A stretch of DNA of 64,000 nucleotides from Eledone cirrhosa (Eukaryota): positions 32,426,001 to 32,490,000 of the forward strand of contig OZ024743.1 of assembly GCA_964016885.1 (NCBI GenBank). The letters are read 5' to 3'. Within the stretch, counting starts at the first letter, position 1. Each line of letters begins with the position of its first letter. The notes beneath the pieces are model-generated. The model was not told the DNA's origin, ran no database searches, and saw only the letters and a program-made list of their open reading frames with translations. Below are positions 31,754 through 44,183 of the stretch, piece by piece. The translations under genes and the position numbers were made by a program.

Positions 31754-31760
<7 letters not shown>
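31130..31760 (+). mobile_element. Penelope-like element 3' end: GIY-YIG endonuclease remnant plus pLTR
   Basis: IYEAVVT..SYVGMAEGRFK..HQSTF..STKLATHVWSLK..IQW..CGLCIDER..LNTRND..CPH (two stops); downstream ctgagga..gaaa motif; (TA)-rich flanks. Confidence 0.85.
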
Positions 31761-31814
<54 letters not shown>

Positions 31815-31847
31815 ATATATATATATATATTGGGTTCCCTATCATTA

Positions 31848-32420
31848 CACTGCAAAGTGGTCGTGGAGGTGCCATGGCAAAAAAGAACCCAGCCCACACT
31901 GTAAAGTGGACGTGTAGGCGCCACGAAAAAAAAAAAAAAATGAGGTTGGTGTTAGGAAGGGCATCCAGCTGTAGAAATCAAGCCAGAATCAGTTCCCGTC
32001 ACACCCTTGCTAACAGGGAAAAAGTGGACATAAAATGACGATGATGATGATGTGTGTGTATATGTATGTATATGAGGCACATGGCTCAGTGGTTAGAGCA
32101 TTGGCCTTGCAATCGAAAGGTTGTGAGTTCAATTCTCAGACCGGCTGATGTGTTGTTTCCTTGAGCAAGACACTTTATTTCACATTGCTCCAGTTTACTC
32201 AGCTGTAGAAATGAGATGATAGGGATTGGGGTTCATATCATTCCACTGCAAAGTGGTCGTGGAGGTGCCACGGCAAAAACGCACCCAGCACTCACTGTAA
32301 ATGAGGTTGGTGTTAGGAAGGGCATCCAGCTGTAGAAATCAAGCCAGAATCAGTTCCAGTCCCACCCTTGCAAGCAGGGAAAAGTGGACGTAAAATGAAA
32401 TGATGAAAATGAATGATGAT
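31848..32420 (+). mobile_element. SINE family 2: 3' half (31848-32050) and full copy (32074-32420)
   Basis: Same head, CORE-like domain and tail as 17964-18278. Confidence 0.88.
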
Positions 32421-32435
32421 ATACATATATATGTA

Positions 32436-32587
32436 TCATCATCAGGTTTAGCGTCCGTGTTCCACGCTTGCATGGGTTTGGACGGGGGTTTTCCCACTTG
32501 AGGCAAGAGTGGTTGTCTTGCTCGCATAGGACTGTCTGGCGGGTTTTCTACAGTTGGATGCCCTTCCTAACACCAACCACATTTACA

Positions 32588-32668
<81 letters not shown>

Positions 32669-33125
32669 TATGTGTGTGTATGTATGTATGTATATATCAT
32701 GCTCATCATCACGATTTTACATCTATTTTACCACACTAGCATGGGTTAGATTAGGTGTCCTGTTGTGGGCAATACTAGATCAGGTGACCATGTCTTTCTC
32801 ATACAGAACTGATTTTGGCTTGGTTTCTACAGCTGGATCCCCTTCCTAACAATAACCTCATTTACAGTGTGTACTGGTGCTTTTTGTCAGGACACCTATA
32901 CAACCACTTTACCATGGGGGCAGGGTGCTTTTTGTCATGTCACCATCATGACCACTTTACAGTGTGGGCTGGGGGCTTCACTGGACACATACTTCGGCCT
33001 GTCCTCATGGGAGATGTATGGGAGGGTGGGGTAGGGCATACTGTATATATGCTTCAGTTTCAGCCTGTGCCCATAGGATGTTGGGTCTTCTGTATTACTG
33101 TGTAACACCAGAGATCTCGGTCCTG
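32436..33125 (-). mobile_element. RTE 3' UTR fragments (family B 32436-32590; family A-like 32703-33125)
   Basis: Similarity to 7210-7380 and to the reverse complement of 12890-13250. Confidence 0.8.
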
Positions 33126-33198
33126 AGGATCATTATATATTAACATGTATATGTTTTGCACATGTACATGCTCACACATGTATGTAAGTATGTTTGTC

Positions 33199-33401
33199 AA
33201 CATCATCAGATGCTTCCGAAGCTGCAGGTTTTTTTTCAGAGTTTCCCTCTCCTAGAAAGGTGTTGAGCCTTTCACTCCCAGGTGGAAAAAAAAAAGTACT
33301 ATTTGGATAGCAGTTGACACTGCTGAGTTCCTCCGCCTTTCTAGGAAAGGGAAACTCTGAAAAAAAATTACCTGCGGCTTCAGAAGCATCTGATAATGTT
33401 G
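33199..33401. repeat. Inverted repeat with about 62-bp arms
   Basis: aacatcatcagatgcttccgaagctgcagg..ctagaaagg / cctttctagg..cctgcggcttcagaagcatctgataatgtt. Confidence 0.8.
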
Positions 33402-33640
33402 ACCAGTTTTCCTTTTTAGGTAGTGTTTTTGATGCTCAGAGAGTGGGATTGGTTGAGTGCAAGGCCTTTCCCCACTTAAAAAACATTCAAAGCACAGACA
33501 TTGCTTGTTCAGGATATGTTACAAGTTTGTGTGATTGACCATAGCCTAAAAGTGCACCAAAGTCTATAATCCTCCAAGCAATTGCAGTACACTTAGCAGA
33601 GCTTGCAGTCATCATGTATGTTTGCATGTATGTATGTATG

Positions 33641-34407
33641 TTCTTCTGGTTTTATAATTTTATAAATGTTTACCAATAGAGAAAGAGTCGGTTTCTAACA
33701 GACACAAGACTCTTTCATTGGAATTGGAACATCAACTATGTATACATGTTTACATGTGTCTGTGTGTGTGTGCAGGTATGAATGTTATTGTATGTGTGAC
33801 TGTTTTTAGTTATATGTGTGCATATGCATATATTTTCTATCATGTGTACATGCAGTTAATACATGCAGAATGTTTGTAATGTTTTACATATTTTTACTAT
33901 TCCATTAATTGAATGTATGTATATATGTTTGTATGTATATATGTATGTATGTTCTTCTGGTTTTATAATTTCATAAATTTTTACCAATAGAGAGAGAGTC
34001 GGTTTCTAACATAGACACAAGACTCTTTCATTGGAATCCACACAACATCAACTAGGTAGATTGTGTATGCATGTCTGCATGTGTAGAGATGGATGTTATT
34101 GTATGTGTGGATGTGTATGTTTTGAGTTGTATGTGTGCATGTGTATATGCCCTGCATCTGCACATGTGTATATGCAGTTATTAGATGCAAAATTTTTGGA
34201 GTGTTTTACATATTTTTACTGTTCCATTAATGGATTGTACTTGTAATTTCCTAACTAGTTGTGTTCTTTCTGTTCCTGTGAAGCCTAGCTTCTCAAGATT
34301 TGTATTGAGGCAGTTACTAACATATCCCAGTGCCCCAATAATCACAGGCATAAATCTGAAGGTGTAATCAGGGTGGAGTATCTGCAGATTTCTCATCAGT
34401 TCTGCAT
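33641..34407 (-). mobile_element. Two 3' ends of an R4/Dong-like LINE abutting (CATA)n
   Basis: Minus ORF ..FRFMPVIIGALGYVSNCL..LEKLG..LVRKLQVQSINGTVKICK (RLE C-terminus); both copies end aaattataaaaccagaagaa-(cata)n, at 33641 and 33952. Confidence 0.75.
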
Positions 34408-34430
34408 AATGTATGTATGTATGTATGTAT

Positions 34431-35036
34431 CAGGTCACCAGTTGGTGCTACTGGTAACATGTGTCCCAGTACAACCTGTCCCATGGTCGGGTCGTTGGCG
34501 ACTAAACTGGCAACCCCACCAAGGTTTCTTGGTGAGGAGGGTGACTTTGGACATCCTGCAGTACTAAAAACAAAACCTGTCAAAGAGCAAAGGAGCTCTT
34601 AAGAGTCAATGGCCATCCAAAATCACCGGGAGAGATGACCCCTTAGCCTTTGTCAAGGCAGAATTCTAGGAGAAGGAAAACTCTGATATAACACCTGCAA
34701 CCCTGATGGTATCCAATGATGTTGACTTGTTCTTCTTTTTGGTAAATATCATCTTGGTTAAGAGAGTGGGACTGGCTTTGTGCAGTGCCTTTGCTCACTA
34801 TAAAAGCTTCACGGCACAGGCATTGCTTTATATCTGGAGATCTCTCTGCACTTGTCATCACATGGTACCATGGGCCTAGCACTATGTGTCAGTGATTGTC
34901 ACAAGCGTAGTGTTTGTACCAGAGTTTTCAAGTCGCTGGCTGGACTAAAAAGTCACACTTGTTCAGCGCATCGGTAAGGTTTCTCCTACATGGATATAAA
35001 GTAGTGGCCGTACTCGAAAACGAGTTGGCAGCCACG
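34431..35036 (+). mobile_element. About 605-bp non-autonomous RTE-derived element, copy 1
   Basis: RTE 5'UTR-like motif ctaggagaaggaaaactctga fused to a C2H2-coding 3' end; (TATG)n on both sides. Confidence 0.75.
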
Positions 35037-35184
35037 ATGTATGTATGTATGTATGTATGTTTGTATGATGCATGCATGTGGATATTTGCATATTTATGCA
35101 TTTATACATTATAGTATTTCCTTCAGCAATTTTAAACTGTATGTTTCTAAATTTGTTCACTACATTATAATGGCTATAATATTT

Positions 35185-36460
35185 GGTGGTGGTGGTGGTG
35201 GTGGTGATGACAGTGGCAGCAACATTGTAGGTGGTTGTTGTGATGGTGGTGGTGGTGGTGGTGGTGATGACAGTGGCAGCAACAGTGTAGGTGGTTGTTG
35301 TGATGGTGGTGGTGGTGGTGGTGGTGATGACAGTGGCAGCAATATTGTAGGTGGTTGTTGTGGTGGTGGTGGTGGTGGTGGTGGTGATGACAGTGGCAGC
35401 AATATTGTAGGTGGTTGTTGTGGTGGTGGTGGTGGTGGTGGTGGTGATGACAGTGGCAGCAACAGTGTAGGTGGTTGTTGTGGTGGTGGTGGTGGTGGTG
35501 GTGGTGATGACAGTGGCAGCAACAGTGTAGGTGGTTGTTGTGATGGTGGTGGTGGTGGTGGTGGTGATGACAGTGGCAGCAATATTGTAGGTGGTTGTTG
35601 TGGTGGTGGTGGTGGTGGTGGTGGTGATGACAGTGGCAGCAATATTGTAGGTGGTTGTTGTGATGGTGGTGGTGGTGGTGGTGGTGATGACAGTGGCAGC
35701 AACATTGTAGGTGGTTGTTGTGATGGTGGTGGTGGTGGTGGTGGTGGTGATGACAGTGGCAGCAACAGTGTAGGTGGTTGTTGTGATGGTGGTGGTGGTG
35801 GTGGTGGTGATGACAGTGGCAGCAATATTGTAGGTGGTTGTGGTGGTGGTGGTGGTGGTGGTGGTGACAGTGACAGCAACAGGTAGGTGGTGGCTACGAT
35901 GGTGGTGGTGATGGTGGTGGTGATGATGACAGTGGTAGCAACAGTGTAGGTGGTGGTTATGGTGGTGGTTATGGTGGTGGTGGTGATGATGATGACAGTG
36001 GTAGCAACAGTGTAGGTGGTGGTTATGGTGGTGGTGGTGATGATGATGACAGTGGTAGCAACAGTGTAGGTGGTGGTTATGGTGGTGGTGGTGGTGATGA
36101 CAGTGGTAGCAACAGTGTAGGTGGTGGTTATGGTGGTGGTGGTAGCAACAGTGTAGGTGGTGGTTATGGTGGTGGTGGTGATGATGACAGTGGTAGCAAC
36201 AGTGTAGGTGGTGGTTATGATGGTGGTGGTGATGATGACAGTGGTAGCAACAGTGTAGGTGGTGGTTATGGTGGTGGTGACAGTGGTAGCAACAGTGTAG
36301 GTGGTGGCTATGATGGTGGTGGTGATGATGACAGTGGTAGCAACAGTGTAGGTGGTGGTTATGGTGGTGGTGACAGTGGTAGCAACAGTGTAGGTGGTGG
36401 CTACGATGGTGGTGGTGATGATGACAGTGGTAGCAACAGTGTAGGTGGTGGTTATGATGA
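35185..36460 (+). repeat. GGT-rich minisatellite: about 12 x 60-bp units, then variable 30-60-bp units
   Basis: Unit ggtgatgacagtggcagcaa(c/t)a(t/g)tgtaggtggttgttgt(ggt)n repeats in register every 60 bp. Confidence 0.95.
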
Positions 36461-36546
36461 TGTTATCATCTGACAGGAATTATAATGAATATTATTATTA
36501 TTATTATGTATATTATCATTGTCATCACCATTACTAATTACTATCA

Positions 36547-36595
<49 letters not shown>

Positions 36596-36984
36596 CATAG
36601 GGTCATTAACTAATAAGTATTTAAATCATTGTGCAAATTAGATTTCAGATTAATTGAATGTTATTGATTAAATTGTGACATGGTATTTCTTATAGACAGG
36701 TTATTAATTAAGGTGTAACATACCTTTCATTCACACTTCCTGTTTTCCCACCAATATATGTATGTGTGTGTGGGTGTATGTGTGTATGTGTGTGTGTGTG
36801 TTTGGTGTTGTGTGTGAGTATTTGCATAAGTACTTGGAATTAAACAAATACATCAACACATGTCATATTAAGACATGTCTACACATATATGTGTGTAGTG
36901 AGGTAATTATTTCTTGTGTATAAAATTATTTTTAACACATACGCGTTTATATACTTAGATGCATACATATATACATACATACAT

Positions 36985-37590
36985 GGTGGCTGCCAACTCG
37001 TTTTCGAGTATGGCCACTACTTTATATCCATGTAGGAGAACTCCTACCGATGCGCTGAATGAGTGTGACTTTTTAGTCCAGCCAGCGACTTGAAAACTCT
37101 GGTACAAACACTACACTTGTGACAGTTATTGACACTTAGTGCTGGGCCCATGGTACCATGTGAAGACAAGGGCAGAGAGATCTCCAGATATAAAGCAGTG
37201 CCTGTGCCGTGAAGCTTTTATAGTGAGCAAAGGCACTGCACAAGGCCAGTCCCACTCTCTTAACCAAGATGATATTTACCAAAAAGAATAACAAGTCAAC
37301 ATCATTGGATACCATCAGGGTTGCAGGTGTTATATCAGAGTTTTCCTTCTCCTAGAATTCTGCCTTGACAAAGGCTAAGGGGTCATCTCTCCCGGTAATT
37401 TTGGATGGCCATTGACTCTTAACAGCTCCTTTGCCCTTTGACAGGTTTTGTTTTTAGTCCTGCAGGATGTCCAAAGTCACCCTCCTCTCCAAGAAACCTT
37501 GGTGGGGTTGCCAGTTTAGTCGCCAACGACCCGACCATGAGACAGGTTGTACTGGGATACATGTTACCAGTAGCACCAACTGCTGACCTG
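36985..37590 (-). mobile_element. 605-bp RTE-derived element, copy 2
   Basis: Reverse complement of 34431-35036. Confidence 0.8.
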
Positions 37591-37611
37591 ACATATATAC
37601 ATACATACATA

Positions 37612-39753
37612 TCATCATCATCATCATCATCGTTTAACGTCCATGTTCCACGCTTGCATGGGTTTGGACGGGAGTTTTCGCACTTGAGGCAAGAGTGGTT
37701 GTCTTGCTCGCATAGGACTGTCTGGCGGATTTTCTACGGTTGGATGCCCTTCCTAACACCAACCTCATTTACAGTGTGGGGCTGGGAGGTTTTTACCGTG
37801 TTGCCTACACGGCCACATTACAGCGTGGACTGTCTGGCGGGTTTTCTACAGCTGGATGCCCTTCCTAACACCAACCACAATTACAGTGTGGGGCTGGGAG
37901 GTTTTTACCGTGTTGCCTACACAGCCACATTACAGCGTGGACTGTGTGTTTTTTTGTCGTGACACCTACACGATTTCATTTGTTTCGGCCTGGATGTTGT
38001 GGCACCAACATAACTTTACATTGAAAGGGGCGGTGTGGATGGGGTGGGGGTGGTCGGACGGGGGTGTATTTTGTTAGAGATGCCTACTGACTGTAGTAGG
38101 TTTTACTTTGTATTTAGGTAAGGCGGGTCTTCTCTATTACTGAGTACCGCCAAAGGTCTCGGTCCAGTGACATTGTCTTGGAGAGGTGTAAGTGTGTGAG
38201 GTCGGAATTTATCAGCTCATCCCAGGTTTTTCTTGATCTGCCTACTCCGTGGCTACCATCTATCTTTATTGCCCTGCACTTTGCTATACAGCTGTCGTCT
38301 TTCATGCGCATCACGTGACCATACCAACATAGCCTTCTCTCGAGTAAACAACATCTGATCCCTCTTATTTCTAATTTTTTCCTTAGTTCGTTTATGCTTT
38401 GCCGTTCACGTATATTACTATTACACATCCAGCGGAGCATGCAAGCTTCGTTCCTCTCTAGTCTGCGTATATCCTCTGCACACAATGCCCAGGTCTCACT
38501 GCCATGCAACATTGCTGTTCGTATGCAGGCATCATACAACCTGCCTTTCATTTTTAGGGAGAACCCTTTAGCGGCTAATAGTGGTATAAGCTCTCTGAAC
38601 TTTTTCCATCCAGTTCTGACTCTAGCTACTATACTTTCAGAGCACCCTCCCCCACTGCTGATTTTGTCCCCCAGGTAACGGAAGCTGTCCACTATTTCTA
38701 TAGAACCCTCTGCGCAATTGAAAGAGCTAGTATTTTTGTGGGCACTTGCTGCTACTTATTGCACCAGAGCACCGGCCACATGTAAAATCTGTGTTCTTAG
38801 TTAGCTTACCTGTGATCCCACTACATCTTTTATGCACCCATACTTTGCATTTGGGACATAAAATGGAGTTTCTACCTACGCCTTTCCTACACACTGAGCA
38901 TTGCCATTTCCCGGAAGGGTCCAGTGCCTTATTTTCTTTCCTACAAACTAGAACTTTAGTCTTAGCCAGGTTAATTTTAAGGCCTTTTGATTCTAGGCCG
39001 TGCTTCCATGTTTGGAATTTCTTCTCTAGCTCGGCCATTGATTCAGCTATGAGCGTTAGATCATCTGCGTATAGGAGTTCCCGTGGGCAGCCGGTCTTGA
39101 ACTCCTCTGTTATAGCCTGAAGGGCAATAATAAATAGTAGGGGGCTAAGAACAGAGCCCTGATGGACACCAACTTTTACGCTAAACTCTTCACTATATTC
39201 GTTGTTAATTCTAACCTTGCTGACTGTTTCTTTATACATGGCTTGTATAGCTCTCACAAGCCATTCGTCAACACCTAGTTTTCTAAGAGACCACCAGATA
39301 ATGGAACGGGGGACTCTGTCGAAGGCTTTCTCCAAGTCGACAAAGGCTAAGTATAGGGGTTTACTTTTAGCTAGGTACTTCTGTAGTTGTCGTACAATGA
39401 AAAGAGCATCTGTGGTACTTTTGCCTGACACAAACCCGAACTGCATTTCATCTAGATCGATTCTCTCTCTGATTAGTTGCACTATTACTTTTTCCGTGAC
39501 CTTCATGACCTGGTCGATTAATTTAATGCCTCTATAGTTACTCCTATCTAGGGCATCTCCTTTACCCTTGTAGCAGTTAATGATGATGCTGCTACGCCAG
39601 TCCTTCGGAACAACCCGATTCTGTATGACTTGGTTTATTATCCGGGTGACCATGGTGTGTCTCACCGTTCCAGAGGCCTTCAGCATCTCAGCAACTATTT
39701 CCGAAGGCCCAGCCGCCTTACCCGTCTTCATATCTTTGATTGCCTTACTTATT
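37612..39753 (-). mobile_element. RTE family B copy, 5'-truncated, frameshifted
   Basis: ORFs 38727-39809 and 38114-38692 are split by a frameshift after the PHD; 112-bp duplication in the 3' UTR (37716/37828). Confidence 0.95.
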
Positions 39754-39807
39754 ATATATATATATATATATGAAAAATGGCGTGCTGCGTTGTTGCAAAT
39801 GGGGTAC

Positions 39808-40202
39808 ATATAAATAAAATAAGTCCTTCATCAGTGATCTTCCACCGTCATTGGTATTTCTTTGCATTAAAGATCATATTCCTCTGGTTGGTGCGAGCAA
39901 TAACTAAAGAAAGTTATTGAGACACGTAAAATAGGGTGAAGCGAGTGAGACATGTAAACAAACAGAGATTGTAATGCAACGTAAAGAGAGGAAGAGGAGA
40001 AACAAGTCCGTGATATCTATGAACTTAAGTTCGGTGAAATCATCTGTTTGTTTACATGTCTCGCTCGCTTCACCCTATTTTACGTGTCCCAATAACTTTC
40101 TTTAGCCATTGTTCACACCAACCAGAGGTATATGATCTTTAATGCAAAGAAATACCAATGACGGTTGGAAGATCACTGATGAAGGACTAATTTTATTCAT
40201 AT
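39808..40202. repeat. Fold-back with about 160-bp arms and about 75-bp spacer, TA-flanked
   Basis: aataaaataagtccttcatcagtgatcttcc..gtaaacaaacaga / tctgtttgtttac..ggaagatcactgatgaaggactaattttatt. Confidence 0.9.
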
Positions 40203-40517
40203 ATATATATATGTACACATGTTAAAGTGCTGGCATGTCCACATGTTCACTTCACAACCAAATAGTTTTGAGTTTGATCCCAATGTGGCACTTTGTACAA
40301 ATGGCTTTTACAATAGCTTTGAGCTCAGTAATATCTTATGAGTGAAATTGGTAGATGAAAACTGTGCAGAAGGTCATTCTCTGCATATATATATATATAT
40401 GATGCCGTCCAAACCCATGCAAGCGTGGAACACGGACGCTAAACCTGATGATGATGATGATGATGATGATGATATGAATGTATGTATAGTATATTTGGCA
40501 ATATGGTGTATGTTTAA

Positions 40518-40656
40518 TTAAAAACATTTAGAAGACCATTCGGTATGAGTTTTAAATTATTGACTATGTCACCGAATGGTCTTCTAAATGTTTTTAAGTG
40601 ATCTTCCCTGTAGTCAAATCTGAATCTTATTTGAGATGGTTCTATATTTGTATGTG

Positions 40657-40702
<46 letters not shown>

Positions 40703-40798
40703 CACATACAAATATATATATATATATATATATACATACACATACAAATATAGAACCATCTCAAATAAGATTCAGATTTGACTACAGGGAAGATCACT
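40518..40798. repeat. Two adjacent inverted repeats (27-bp arms; about 70-bp arms around (TA)n)
   Basis: ttaaaaacatttagaagaccattcggt/accgaatggtcttctaaatgtttttaa; then agtgatcttccctgtag..gtatg-(TA)n-catac..ctacagggaagatcact. Confidence 0.9.
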
Positions 40799-41339
40799 GT
40801 AAATCACTCTAAAAATAAAAAAAACCTCCCTAGCAACTCCCTAGAGACAAAAACATTCTTGTAACAAATCTTTTGTATCCTCTAAATGCAGTTTCACAGG
40901 TTTAAATAACAGAATCAGCCATCTCAATTAATTAAGATGGCTAATTGCCATAATAAATTACCTAATCATCAGAGAGGAATTTCTGTTCCTAAAATTAAGA
41001 GAGATAAGGTATATACACCTGTTGCCAGGCTTGTATGCTCAAAATAATCCAGCATGGTGCACAAGTAACTTATGCATAGGTAGAATTAACTACAAGGCAA
41101 AACTTTGTACAGAATGGACTAGGTGATGAGTGTAAATTTTTACTAGAAATAGCAGTCAATTATATATATATATATTTATATATGTGTATGTATGTGTAGT
41201 GAACTTTGCTACAAACCAGTTGACGATAGTAAACTCCCAGTTTGAATAACCCTAAAAATTCCCAAGTATCATTGTATTCAAATGATGACTATCACCTTGT
41301 TCAATTTCATTTGGGCAGCTGTGTATTTCACTGCTGATC

Positions 41340-42850
41340 TTATGGTCTTGATATGAGCAGCAAGAACAGATCAGATCGTTCTTGATATTGACAAAACTTT
41401 GTAAACATTTAAAGGCCAACAAACCATCTAGGAAATCTCCTAAGTATGATTTCGTGAAACTGAAATGTAATACTACCAAGCATTTTCAACTAGAACTGTA
41501 TAGTCATTTCGATGGCTCGGACATGCAAGAATATATTGAACCCATGGCTGAAGATGAATAACACAAGCTCAAACACCACCTACAAGAGGTAGCAACACAA
41601 GTCTTATATACCAAGCATAGGAAAAAATATTGGATCGTTGCTAATTATTAGCTTTTTAGACGGTAAACAGTTTACTCTGCTCATGCAGATCCCAATGAAG
41701 ACTAGTATATGATCTTTCTCGATAGGGTGTAACTTCTGCCAGAGATTTGCGAAATATAACGAAACAAAGATTGATCATGAAGGGATGCCCCACCCACCAG
41801 AAAAAAATAAGTGAAGCTATCCTTGATAACCAAGGTACAATTATCTTGAACCAAGATGAGCCTCTCAGCTGATGGTATGACCATTTTGCAAATTTACTCA
41901 ATCACACCCCATTTGCCAACCAGCTGGACCACCTGCACACAGAGACCACTGATGCCACCAACTGTCAAGGAGCTGTGTGATGCTATCGAAAAACTGAAGA
42001 ACAGCAAACTCTAGATGAATATAGATTACCTTTATGAGTTGTTCTGATATCTTGGCGCCCTGGTTGCACCATGGAATCAAACACATCTAAGATGGTGGGA
42101 TCTCTCCCACAAGACTAAAGTGATGCAGTTCTTTCCTTCCTGAAAAAGAGGGATGATAAATACTGTTGTAGTAACTACCGGAGCATCGACTTGATAGATA
42201 TTATGGTCAAGATAGTCAACATCATTCTCTTACAACAATTTCAAAGGAACATAATCAACATACGCAACTAATTTCAGTGTGGTTTTTGTAATGACAAAGG
42301 CTGCACAAATCAAATCTTCACCTTGATAAGGGTTCTAGAAATGATCACTTGTTTTGTCAACTTTGCAGCAGCATTTGATTCTGTTGACTGCAACAAACTC
42401 TGGAACATCATGATCATAGGTGGGCTGTCTGCTAAACCTAAGATCACATTACAGCTCTACATGAGAAAAGGTTTGATGTTGCAGCAGAGAATCTGACCCC
42501 TTTATGATTTGCTTAGGTATCCAGCAGAGCTCTGTTCTATCTCTGACACTTTTCAATTATGCTATTGTTTTGATTGCAGACCTTGCTCTGATAGATTTTC
42601 CAGGTATTTCTCTGGGATGAGACTTTAATGTCACTGACTTTAACTATGCAGATGATGTTGCAATAGCTGATGATAACTTTGTCAATTTTCAATCAGCCAT
42701 TGAATGCCTCAATAAGTACAAGTTGAACGTTAGGGTGAAGATCAATATAACCAAGAGAACGATACTATCTACCAGCATCTCACCTTCTGAAAGGGACCCC
42801 ATCATTCACAACGGTGAGATTCTGAAAAAAGTCAATCAATTTATATAAGC
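41340..42850 (+). mobile_element. Heavily decayed LINE RT (RTE-like, different family, no PHD seen)
   Basis: Remnant motifs AIEKLKNSK, CSNYRSI, FQCGF..GCTNQIFTL, FVNFAAAFDSV, QSSVLS..LFN, YADDVAI. Confidence 0.8.
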
Positions 42851-43440
42851 TCTATCTTAGCTTATGCCTAAATCTAACACTGAACATGGATAATGAACAG
42901 AAAGAGATAACATTATATGCCTTAGAGGGGATCAGTTTAGAATACACAAGCTGTGATAAAAAAAATAATAATACATAAAACACAAATTTACCTCAGATTT
43001 TTCAAAGTTAATGCTACACTACTGTGCATTTTTATTCAGAGTTTTTCCTAAGAAAACGTTGATTTTTAAAATTTCTGACATTGATCAGGTGTTGTGATAT
43101 TAGTACTGCTGTGTATAAGTGTATATTCATAATTCTGACAAACAAAACTAATCTTAAAAACATTGACTTATAACATTTTATAGATAGGTATGAATATTTG
43201 TATTTATATATGAGGTTATGCAAGTGTTGTGCATGTTTGTATGTATGTGTGAGCATGAAGATGGGTTTAATACTAAGGCAATGTATATTAGTATGGATTT
43301 GTAGAATATTTAGAGCATTGGACAAATTGCCCAGGTGGGGTTACTCAGATGATTTTCACCTGCCCTAACACTGGTGCAAAGCTGAATCAGCTGGCCCTTC
43401 TTTTGGATAATATTAGTGGCATAAAGAGAGGAGTCTTACT

Positions 43441-43569
43441 TATTCTGAAGGACCTCTGCAATCAGTGTGTGAATCTGAGAAGGGAATATGTTGGATAAAA
43501 TCATAATTAACTGATCCTCTTGTATTTTCTTTTACCAAAAGCCAGCAACTTTTCAGCACCCCGTCATAG
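43441..43569 (+). mobile_element. mariner 3' end with TIR
   Basis: ..CVNLRREYVG* then aacttttcagcaccccgtcata, resembling a TACGAGGGGTGCTGAAAAGT-type TIR ending in TA. Confidence 0.65.
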
Positions 43570-44121
43570 CTTATTCTTGTCACAGTACTAAATGAGAAAA
43601 TGTCACTGATGATTGATAAAAAAATTCTGAAACTCTTGTGTCTGGCATTCACATGAAGTTACTGAGGTAGCTGTGACATAGTCACTACTTAAAACATTGT
43701 GACACATGTATTTTATTATACATAAAGATATTTTATATACCTTAATATGCACCATGATTATGAACTGAACTAAGTTAATACTATTGTTAAATAAATACTA
43801 TATTTACTTATTTTAATACATATAATGTTTTATTTTCATTTCTCTTTATCGTTTGTATTTATTTCTATTCAAAAATAAATAAATATTTATTGAGCACTCA
43901 AAGTGAACCTTGCATGAATATATTCTCACTGTATTTGAGAGATACACAAATACACACACATATATATGCATGTAGGTACATATGCATGAATGTATACATA
44001 TGTATACATATATTGTATACATATTTGTTTGTATGTATGTATGTTGGTATGTATGCATGCATGTGTGTGTGTGTGCATATATATGTGTGTGTGTATATAT
44101 GTGTGTGTATATATGTGTGTG

Positions 44122-44154
<33 letters not shown>

Positions 44155-44183
44155 ATGTGTGTGTATATATGCATGTATGTATA

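Noticed and set aside
34431-34520. HDV-like ribozyme at the 5' end of the 605-bp element
   Set aside because: A P4-like hairpin and CUAA are present, but I could not fit P1, P1.1, P2 and P3 in the correct order by eye
35041-35886. 281-aa Gly-rich and 239-aa Pro-rich ORFs
   Set aside because: Expected from a GGT-based minisatellite; open on both strands; start lies in a (TATG)n tail
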